Below are positions 30,731-38,489 of a stretch of 39,688 nt of DNA, piece by piece (the stretch's first letter is position 1; each line of letters starts with the position of its first letter). The position numbers and the translations under genes were made by a program. The notes under the pieces are model-generated. The model saw only the letters and a list, made by a program, of their open reading frames with translations, did no database searches and had not been told where the DNA came from. The DNA is from Eubacteriales bacterium (GTDB lineage Bacteria > Bacillota > Clostridia > Oscillospirales > SIG627): positions 1 through 39,688 of the forward strand of contig JAZNZV010000165.1 in NCBI GenBank assembly GCA_045595105.1, written 5' to 3'.

Positions 30731-32410
30731 TCACCGTTTTATGTATCCACCGACAAAAACCTCTAACGTAGCCGTTTCAAGAGAAAACCTTGTCGGAGAA
30801 TGGAATTTAAGCTGAATATCTTTGAATTTCTTCCGCTTAATTCTGCTGACAAAATAGTCTGTGACATCGTTGTATGTGCCGATGTTCTCAAAGTCTGTGT
30901 CCTCAAGTTTTGCGTATACCGAAATATCACCCTTTGCTTCGACAACGCATCCTCTCTTGTTGGTAGTTTTCAGCTTCTGCGGATGATTGAATTTGTCCTT
31001 TGGTGTTACCCAATAGCTTTCAACATCGCTCTCGGTATCGGTCAGCGTGTAAACGCCGTCCTCTGTACCCAAGTACAAAATGCCGTTGTGTACTTTTGTA
31101 CAAGTGACCTTTTTGCCGAGTTCCCAATAAAACCACTCGTATTCTATGTGATTTTCAATGGTAAAGGCAGAACGAGAGTCAGCGAGATATACCTTGTTGT
31201 CAACAAAGACGAGAAGATATCCTTCCCATTCCTCAAGAATCATGTCCTTGTAATTCGTTTCCGCAATCAGTTTTCTGTCAACGAGAGAGCTTCTGTGCGC
31301 TATTGCTTGCTCGGTAGTGATATCTCCGCTTATACCTTCCATTCCTCGATCGGAAAAGAAAATGATATCATCGTTGAAGTTAATTGCTTTGCCGACACAT
31401 CCCGTAGAAATGCTTGAGTGAGTGTTAGGATAGATTTTTCCGTACTCGCTATCAATGGTAGGCGTATGGTAGAAAACTGTTGTGTTTGATTGTGAAGGCT
31501 CACGGAACACCCATAACACGTTGTTTCCTGCTACCATGCCCTTGACCTCGGCAGAGTCAAGCCCCTCGTTGTAGTAATCTAAGTCACTACAATACGTTGG
31601 GTCGTTAAGGCTACAATGCCAAATCGTATTCGGAAAATCCTTGTTTCCGCTAAAAAACACCCTATTATCAAATACTTGCAATAGAGTGCATTTGTGTATT
31701 CTGTCCTGATATCCGCTTACTGTCTTTTTGAATGTTACCGACACATTATCTTGTCCGTCTGTTAAAGGTGCGGACGGGGCAGAGGAGAAGATAATCTTTC
31801 CGTTTTCATAATCTACCGAGAAATCAGTAACCTCGGAAGAATTGACCTTAACTCTCGGTCTAAAATCTCCGTCAATATTCTGCGAGTCAAGACAAAACTC
31901 CTTGCTCGTTCCGTCTGCGAGAAATGTGTTGATGCGCTTTCCCGTCAGCAAGTTCACATCTTCGTGTATCGTGCCACCGCCCGATGGTTTCCTGCCGATA
32001 GATGTTGTCGGTATATATCCCTCGACGGGCTTCATTGTGCGTCCATCGTACTGCAAATAGGTTGAGCCGTCCTTGAAATACCATGTGTTGTTATAAACAA
32101 ATCCGTCACTCCTTGAGGCATTTAAGCCCTTGTAAAGCAATGACTTTACACCCTTTGCAATCTTGTAAAGTTCAGTACCGCTATGCACAAGGCACATTTC
32201 GGTATTTCCAACGGCATAAAAAAACACACCATATATAGGTGCGTCAAAAGAGTTCGCAAGTTCCATTTCGGGGCGTGTTCGTATACTCTCGGTTTCCTTA
32301 TAGTCTTTCCACACATTCAAACTGTCGGGGCTTCTTACAAGGTTTATTTCCTCGCCACGAAAGTCCACGCCTCGAAAATTACTGTATATTCTTTTAACAA
32401 GGTCAGCCAT
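30731..32410 (-). CDS. Large virion protein, possible tail hub/nozzle (beta-rich)
   Basis: 559 aa. TAATG coupling with the upstream gene. No family recognised with confidence. Confidence 0.45.
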   Translation of the reverse strand: MADLVKRIYSNFRGVDFRGEEINLVRSPDSLNVWKDYKETESIRTRPEMELANSFDAPIYGVFFYAVGNTEMCLVHSGTELYKIAKGVKSLLYKGLNASRSDGFVYNNTWYFKDGSTYLQYDGRTMKPVEGYIPTTSIGRKPSGGGTIHEDVNLLTGKRINTFLADGTSKEFCLDSQNIDGDFRPRVKVNSSEVTDFSVDYENGKIIFSSAPSAPLTDGQDNVSVTFKKTVSGYQDRIHKCTLLQVFDNRVFFSGNKDFPNTIWHCSLNDPTYCSDLDYYNEGLDSAEVKGMVAGNNVLWVFREPSQSNTTVFYHTPTIDSEYGKIYPNTHSSISTGCVGKAINFNDDIIFFSDRGMEGISGDITTEQAIAHRSSLVDRKLIAETNYKDMILEEWEGYLLVFVDNKVYLADSRSAFTIENHIEYEWFYWELGKKVTCTKVHNGILYLGTEDGVYTLTDTESDVESYWVTPKDKFNHPQKLKTTNKRGCVVEAKGDISVYAKLEDTDFENIGTYNDVTDYFVSRIKRKKFKDIQLKFHSPTRFSLETATLEVFVGGYIKR

Positions 32411-32973
32411 TAGACACTCACACCACCCTCAATGTAAATGCTCGTCATTTGATATCTTGGGTCAAGCATTTGCTTCAATGCCTCGTATCTGTCGGAATAG
32501 ATTTTGCCGTAGTCCGTAGAGATGTCACTCTTGAGCAAATCTCCTGCGATTCCGTAAGGCATTATCTCAAGCACATCGGCAGACAGTTCAAACTCATAAG
32601 CGTTGTCTTTGGTCTTTTCGGTAATGCGCTCAGGATAGACAAAGCAATCTATCTCCGCTACACCGCTATCCAAAAACTTGAGTATAGTTCCGTTTGCCTT
32701 TGGAGAGTAATTTACACCGCCGATTGTGCCGAGCTGATATATCTCATATCCGCACGCTTTCTCGATGTCTGCAAAGGCGAGCATATCACCCTCACTCACT
32801 TTGATCTCAACGTACTTAGGGATTTTCTTAATCCTTGCACATTCAAACATGACCTGATTGATAGTCTCGTTGTGCTTCATTGCAATGTCGGGGTCCTCGG
32901 TAAGATACTCACTATCGGGATTTAACTCTTCGATGAGTGCTAATACTTTCTTTTTCATTTCCTTTAATGTCAC
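32410..32973 (-). CDS. Virion protein (possible head-tail adaptor)
   Basis: 187 aa. GTG start 8 nt after AAAGGAAG. Confidence 0.45.
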   Translation of the reverse strand: MTLKEMKKKVLALIEELNPDSEYLTEDPDIAMKHNETINQVMFECARIKKIPKYVEIKVSEGDMLAFADIEKACGYEIYQLGTIGGVNYSPKANGTILKFLDSGVAEIDCFVYPERITEKTKDNAYEFELSADVLEIMPYGIAGDLLKSDISTDYGKIYSDRYEALKQMLDPRYQMTSIYIEGGVSV

Positions 32974-33025
32974 TGTTACGCTTCCTTTCTGCTATAACAA
33001 AAATTAATGGTTTATAAACAAATAA

Positions 33026-33583
33026 TTATATAATAACCGCATTATATTTGTACCAATAGTTTTCGTTTTTTACGCTTACAGTATTTCCGCTTATCGTTAC
33101 ACTAAAAGTAGACATATTGTTTGAAAGCCTTGTAACTTTTTTATTGTTTTCATCATAATTTGATACAATGAATAAATCACTATTACCACTCGTTGACATT
33201 ATGACCAATGCGCTTTTTTTAACGGGTAAAGTAAACTGTTGTGTTGTGCTTGAATAACCACCTAATTTGAACCTATCATTTATACTTTCGATGTCACTTT
33301 GCACATCAGCACACTTGCCCGACACCTCGTCAATATCACTCTGTGCTTTATCAATCTGTTTTTTTAGCTCTAAACCTTGATTTGCGGACAACGGCTTCTT
33401 GGCATCGTTAGTCGTTAAATTATCAACGATATCGTTAAAACTCACCTTGTTTTTCAGCGCATTGCCCGTTGCTTCTGCATCAGCACCTTGTCCTTTTTTT
33501 GAAAGCGTGTTGTCAATCAAAGGGACAGTAACAATACTGCCCCTTATAACTTCTTTGTTTTCTATATTTCCGTTCAAACTCAT
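33026..33583 (-). CDS. Tail fibre-like protein with an AT-rich C-terminal domain
   Basis: N-terminus IDNTLSKKGQGADAEATGNAL and LTTNDAKKPLSANQGLEL (fibre motifs), then a coiled coil. The 3' half is visibly AT-rich. Confidence 0.55.
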   Translation of the reverse strand: MSLNGNIENKEVIRGSIVTVPLIDNTLSKKGQGADAEATGNALKNKVSFNDIVDNLTTNDAKKPLSANQGLELKKQIDKAQSDIDEVSGKCADVQSDIESINDRFKLGGYSSTTQQFTLPVKKSALVIMSTSGNSDLFIVSNYDENNKKVTRLSNNMSTFSVTISGNTVSVKNENYWYKYNAVII

Positions 33584-33601
33584 ATCTTTCCCTTTCGTTC
33601 A

Positions 33602-34765
33602 TCAAACACTTACATACCAATAGCCATCTGTATGGAGTCCGTTACTCGGATATGCGTTGGGGTCGGTAGATGTGAATGTCTCGCCACCGAGACCACCCTG
33701 CGTTGTTGACTTGAATTCCCAATACTCCTGCATATCCATACTGCCTATTTCGGGAGTGTACTCTGTAAAGGAATCGGGATAAGTGTTGCGCTCATAGCTT
33801 GTGACCTCGCTGTGGGGGCTGTACTGCCAAGAACCGCTACCATGTATATCCGCACCCGTGTAGGTGTACCAATAGCCATCAGTATGAATTCCATCGGCAG
33901 GATATGTGTCCGAAGCAAGGCTTGACCATCCCGAGCTAACAAGGTCACCCCTTGAAGGTGTGGATTCTGTCATGCCCGTGTAGACATACCACATATAATC
34001 GTCACCAAGACCATCATCGGGCTTCTCGTTGCGCTCCTTGCCGTCATACGTTCCAACCTTCAAGTCCTTCGTGTAATAGCCCTCGGTATATCCCGTATAC
34101 ACATACCAATAGCTACCGCTTACTCCGTCCTTTGGATAGGTGTCCGCTTGTACGCTCGTTATATAGTCAACGTAACTGCCCTTTGATGCGGTCGGCTCAA
34201 TGAATCCCCCGTATTCATACCAATAGCCATCCGTGTTATATCCTTCTTCGTAATCGCTCACGTTGGTTGTCGTGACATCGTTGAGATAGTCCATCTTTTG
34301 AGGATAGCCCTCAAGAGACTCGATAAACACATACCAATGGTTGTCGGCAGAGTTATACCCGTCCTGCGGATATGCATTCGGGTCTGTGCTCATGACCTCG
34401 TCCACCTGCTCAAGCTTTGCAGGAGAATTTCCGTCAAGCGTGATACTCCACTTCTCCCAATAATAGGTCGTTGGCATCCACACAACATCATATTTGCGCC
34501 ATATATACTGCGTGTCACCATATATAACATTGTATCTCTGCCAATTGTATTTTGTAGGAGTCCATACCACATCGTACACATCCCAATGGTATGTATCTCC
34601 CGACCACACGACATTGTATTGATCCCAAAAGTAAACCGCTACACGATTATCCTCATACCAACACGTTCCTTGTGTCCATGTGTAGAGAGGAAGCCACCTT
34701 GTCCACGAGTAGGTCGTACCACCACCCGAGGAAGGTCTTCTCGGTATTCTTACATAAACGCTCAT
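33602..34765 (-). CDS. Aromatic-repeat protein (W/Y 14-aa repeats plus five YP-x-DG...YWY modules), putative glycan-binding fibre component
   Basis: ATG 34765 after GGGGTGA. Repeats read directly from the translation. Confidence 0.55.
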   Translation of the reverse strand: MSVYVRIPRRPSSGGGTTYSWTRWLPLYTWTQGTCWYEDNRVAVYFWDQYNVVWSGDTYHWDVYDVVWTPTKYNWQRYNVIYGDTQYIWRKYDVVWMPTTYYWEKWSITLDGNSPAKLEQVDEVMSTDPNAYPQDGYNSADNHWYVFIESLEGYPQKMDYLNDVTTTNVSDYEEGYNTDGYWYEYGGFIEPTASKGSYVDYITSVQADTYPKDGVSGSYWYVYTGYTEGYYTKDLKVGTYDGKERNEKPDDGLGDDYMWYVYTGMTESTPSRGDLVSSGWSSLASDTYPADGIHTDGYWYTYTGADIHGSGSWQYSPHSEVTSYERNTYPDSFTEYTPEIGSMDMQEYWEFKSTTQGGLGGETFTSTDPNAYPSNGLHTDGYWYVSV

Positions 34766-34769
34766 GACG

Positions 34770-36353
34770 TCACCCCGTAACGACCGTATACTTGATAGGA
34801 ATATCAACAGTAGGCTTTGTTGCACCCGTCATGCCAAAATTAATGAAGCCATCATAATACCCACTATTAGGACCAAGAAGGTAATGACTTGCATAAATAC
34901 AAGCTTGCTCAGCGGCTCTGCGTTGTTCTAAAGTAGCGGTATCCGTCAAATCAATGATTATCATCTTGACGCTTTCACCCTCGCCACATTGAAAAGCCGT
35001 GCCACTTGTCCAATATTTGAAAGTATGATGACTAGAAGACTCAGACCATTGGTCAGCGGAAAGAGTCATCGTTCCACTTACGAAGGAAATTCCACTACCA
35101 CCGCTACCTATGACAGTATTGATATCGGCATTGTAATGATAAGTGTTCTCGGATGAAGAGACCCATACATAGTACGTATCTTGGTCTATGGAATCGATGT
35201 ACGCCCTATACTCTCCGTTTTCATACACCCAATTGCTCGTTTTGATAATCTCACGAGGCTCATATTCTCCTACCTCATACGGCTCGGCAATATCGGGAGA
35301 CAATGTCACGCCAGTCCATTGTATTTGCGATGTCACACCCTCGGAGCTTTCCTTACTATCGGCAGAATATATGACCAATTTCTTTGCTGTATCGGTGAGA
35401 GTAATATCCAAATAGGCGAGACCGCAATTAATTGTGCCACTCGATATAACGCTATCATCCGTTGCCACAAGCTCCCACAGCTTTTTAACTCCCGTATCAT
35501 AATCGTAACTACCACTCGCATCAACACTAACACCACCTATTCTCAAGGTCATGTTTGCGCTTGGGGGAACAGCAATCTCAACTTTGGTATTGATATCCCA
35601 CGATTTGGGGGCTATGTTCATCGGCACAACGTAACATACTCCACCGCTACCGCCGTTTACTTTCGTAAAGTATGTCTTATGTCTTACGGGCGCACAATCG
35701 GAGACCTTTACAAGTCCCTCGTATATATATCCCATGACAGATACACTCTTTTTATAGCCGTTGGAAATGTCCTGCGCTTCACCGCTTCCTGCGTTCTCTG
35801 CAAGAGCCTTTGCCTCGTCTGCCGTTTTCTGTGCGTTATCCGCTTTATTCGTTACCTCGGTAAGAGCCTCGTCTACCTCGTTAAACTTGCCCGTAATAAC
35901 GAAATTTGCAACGGGTCTCGGTGATGTTAAATCAAAATCGGTGTCAACAACGGGGATGTCCTCGGGGTCGGTGATATCTTCGGGAGTATCAGCACCTTCG
36001 GGATAGAGCGTGAATGTCTTTGCTCCGTCCTCGTCATAGCCGACAATGGTCTGCGGATTGGTGAAAGGATTGAGTTCTATCTCGTACCAATAGACAACGG
36101 GCTTGGATATGACCTCGCCTATCTTGGTGTCCTCTTTCGTCAGTACGATATCAACGCTCTCGGTCTCCTCGGTAACGGCAAAACTTTTCTGCAACACAAC
36201 ATTGTCGCAATTCTTCTTCTCAAACACCTTGATTCGCACAATATCATCGGGCTTGAAATTGTGTATCTCTTCGTTTCTCCGCATCGTTACCGCAAAGAAT
36301 ACGATATCGCCCCTTGTCACATGGATTGACAAATCATCGTTAATCGCAAACAT
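34770..36353 (-). CDS. Large virion protein, fibre/appendage-like
   Basis: 527 aa. N-terminal beta domain (VVYWYEIELNP), coiled coil NKADNAQKTADEAKALAENAG. RBS GGAGGT. Confidence 0.5.
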   Translation of the reverse strand: MFAINDDLSIHVTRGDIVFFAVTMRRNEEIHNFKPDDIVRIKVFEKKNCDNVVLQKSFAVTEETESVDIVLTKEDTKIGEVISKPVVYWYEIELNPFTNPQTIVGYDEDGAKTFTLYPEGADTPEDITDPEDIPVVDTDFDLTSPRPVANFVITGKFNEVDEALTEVTNKADNAQKTADEAKALAENAGSGEAQDISNGYKKSVSVMGYIYEGLVKVSDCAPVRHKTYFTKVNGGSGGVCYVVPMNIAPKSWDINTKVEIAVPPSANMTLRIGGVSVDASGSYDYDTGVKKLWELVATDDSVISSGTINCGLAYLDITLTDTAKKLVIYSADSKESSEGVTSQIQWTGVTLSPDIAEPYEVGEYEPREIIKTSNWVYENGEYRAYIDSIDQDTYYVWVSSSENTYHYNADINTVIGSGGSGISFVSGTMTLSADQWSESSSHHTFKYWTSGTAFQCGEGESVKMIIIDLTDTATLEQRRAAEQACIYASHYLLGPNSGYYDGFINFGMTGATKPTVDIPIKYTVVTG

Positions 36354-36666
36354 CTTCTACCTCCTGCCCTATATCTTTTATGTTAATTAGGTCATCAATT
36401 GCTTCAGCAATCGTCACAAGTTCCTCAACGGGCTTGATATATCCTCTGCCCTTTTCCTCAAACACAAGAAGGTCACCCTCTTTGAGATGAATTACTGTAT
36501 CGTACACGCTTTCAAAAGTCTCGCCCTTTACCTTTGTGACGGAATGAAACTCAAGATTTTCTAAAGTCTGTTCAACGTTATCGTTTTTGTATGTAAGCTT
36601 GGTATCCTTGTCAACACGAATACCCGAAAAAAAGTCTATGCTCGGTTTGCGAATAAATATCTGCAT
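36340..36666 (-). CDS. Hypothetical head-associated protein (108 aa)
   Basis: First gene after the capsid terminator. RBS GGGGGA. Confidence 0.55.
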   Translation of the reverse strand: MQIFIRKPSIDFFSGIRVDKDTKLTYKNDNVEQTLENLEFHSVTKVKGETFESVYDTVIHLKEGDLLVFEEKGRGYIKPVEELVTIAEAIDDLINIKDIGQEVEDVCD

Positions 36667-36686
36667 ATTATCCCCCTATATTTACG

Positions 36687-36714
36687 AAAAAGGGAGAGCG
36701 TTGTTTGCTCTCCC
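36687..36714 (-). terminator. Strong intrinsic terminator immediately after the major capsid gene
   Basis: Minus strand: GGGAGAGC-aaacaac-GCTCTCCC followed by TTTTT. Confidence 0.8.
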
Positions 36715-36791
36715 TCTTTCTTGGCGTTATTAAGCTATACGCTTTGTATTCCCTTGTAAAAGGGCAAGTCTACGCCTATATCAAAATCCCC

Positions 36792-37589
36792 TTATACGGG
36801 AATCTTGATGACCTGAATGCGGTCTTCGTCAATGACCTTTGCGCCGTAGGTGTCAAGACCCTTGACGATGTCAGCAAAACGCTTCTCTGCTCTGCAAGCC
36901 TCGACCTTGTTAATCTGTCCTGCAAAAGCAATAGCCTTCTTGCCACGGATGTCACAGTAGTAGTGAGTGTCCTTTACCATGTTGTTGGACATAACAACAT
37001 CGAATCCGTCGTATACACCGACAATGCCCTTCTTGATGTATTCGGGGTTGTTGGTGGACAGAGTGATAAGGTTGTTCTTGAACTTGTTGTAGACAGCAGG
37101 AGTAATCTCAATTACGCCCTCTTCCTCAAAGTTACGCTCACGGAGTGCCACGATAGCCTCGTCGATAGCGTTCTTGATGCCCTCGGCGGTGTTATCGTCT
37201 GCGATCGTAACATTGGTTGCGCCCTTGATAAGGTTTGCAACATAAGTGTCACGAGCAACGGCAAGCTTGTGAACGGACTTCTCCTGAAACTTCTCGGGAA
37301 GACCAGCAACGGACTGAGCCTCGTCAACATCATCGACATAGAAAGCAAAATACTTTGCCCGATCAATGGTAAGGAGCTGACTTTCATCGGACATTGCCTC
37401 GATGTTGATATCTGCTCCCGTGTAATCTCCGATAGTAGGCTCACCTACACCGAGAATCTTAACGCTCTGTGCGTGCTTGCAATCACCCTCATACTCTCGC
37501 CAACAGTTATCAACGAGCTTACAAGCAATCTCAAGCTTGTCCTGAAGCTTCTTCGACCATATTGTCTGAATAAAATGTGTTACTGCCAT
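36792..37589 (-). CDS. Major capsid protein
   Basis: 265 aa. Position after the scaffold gene. N-terminus MAVTHFIQTIWSKKLQDKLE is typical of small coat proteins. Followed by a terminator. Confidence 0.7.
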   Translation of the reverse strand: MAVTHFIQTIWSKKLQDKLEIACKLVDNCWREYEGDCKHAQSVKILGVGEPTIGDYTGADINIEAMSDESQLLTIDRAKYFAFYVDDVDEAQSVAGLPEKFQEKSVHKLAVARDTYVANLIKGATNVTIADDNTAEGIKNAIDEAIVALRERNFEEEGVIEITPAVYNKFKNNLITLSTNNPEYIKKGIVGVYDGFDVVMSNNMVKDTHYYCDIRGKKAIAFAGQINKVEACRAEKRFADIVKGLDTYGAKVIDEDRIQVIKIPV

Positions 37590-37624
37590 AGGTTTTTAAC
37601 CTTCCTTTCGTGTGAAGGGAAGCA

Positions 37625-38389
37625 TCATTTCCATTTCGGCATTGAGTTTACAACGGCATCAAATAGAGCAGGATTTTTGTCAAAGTCAGCCTTTGTAAAG
37701 CGTTGTGCTTCTTCAAAGGTGTAAAAATCCTTTACTGTATTTGTGTCTGCCGTAATATTTTTCATGCTTCCCATTGGTTTAATGTCTTTTTTAGGTTGTG
37801 TTTTGGAATAGATATCATAGATATCCTTTATCGGTGTTCCCGATGTGAATTTACTTGCAAAGGCTTGAAACTCTGCGCTATTGTAAACATCCTCGGTAAC
37901 GCCAATCTCGGACAATTCCTTGCCCCTCTCGGTCTTGCGCCGATGCTCTGCCAATACTTTAAAGACCGCCTTTTCTTGGTCGGTCATGTTGTCAGCACCC
38001 AAAGCCGTGAGTCTGTCGACTTCTTCAACGACCTCGTCATATCCTGCGTGGATGATATCATCAGCCTCAGCCCTTGCAAGAATCTCAATATCCTTATCCG
38101 AGTATTTAGCCCTTGTAGGAATATTGATTTTCTTTGTGTTGGTATAGAAATCTCGAAGGTCACTCGTTATCTCTCCGACATCCTCTTTACCCATGCCTGC
38201 CTTTAGCACATCCTCAAGCTCGCCGTATTTACGGTCATACTCTTTACGGATTTTAGCCTCTCGTCTTGCAAGCCTCTTGCCCACTATCTCATTTACCTCT
38301 GCATCGGTATATGTACGGGGCGTTTGTTCTGTGGTCTGCTCCACGTTTTCAGCAACATTTTCTGTCGCAAGGTTTTCTTTGTTCTCCAT
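37625..38389 (-). CDS. Capsid scaffolding protein (DUF4355-like)
   Basis: TYTDAEVNEIVGKRLARREAKIRKEY, acidic/helical. ATG 38389 (the track starts at TTG 38395). Confidence 0.65.
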   Translation of the reverse strand: MENKENLATENVAENVEQTTEQTPRTYTDAEVNEIVGKRLARREAKIRKEYDRKYGELEDVLKAGMGKEDVGEITSDLRDFYTNTKKINIPTRAKYSDKDIEILARAEADDIIHAGYDEVVEEVDRLTALGADNMTDQEKAVFKVLAEHRRKTERGKELSEIGVTEDVYNSAEFQAFASKFTSGTPIKDIYDIYSKTQPKKDIKPMGSMKNITADTNTVKDFYTFEEAQRFTKADFDKNPALFDAVVNSMPKWK

Positions 38390-38489
38390 AAACAAAAATC
38401 CTTTCTATTTTTTGGATGGTGTTTGCTTCACCTATTCAGGAGCTTTTTATGACTTCACGCTTGGTCATGTATAAAAAAGTCATTAAGAC

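Noticed and set aside
34765-34825. Programmed frameshift or fusion between the 527-aa and 387-aa genes, suggested by the 56-nt ORF overlap
   Set aside because: The overlap comes from an upstream in-frame extension lacking an RBS. A normal GGGGTGA-N4-ATG start at 34765 follows the upstream stop, and no slippery heptamer was seen.
33602-36353. Diversity-generating retroelement target (repeat-rich receptor-binding genes)
   Set aside because: No reverse transcriptase ORF exists anywhere in the genome. I found no template/variable repeat pair at the DNA level; the repeats are protein-level only.
36705-37724. 339-aa + strand ORF covering the major capsid and scaffold region
   Set aside because: It is antisense to two well-supported genes. 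It has no RBS, a leucine/valine/serine-rich low-complexity translation, and a TTG-type start. This is a typical shadow ORF.
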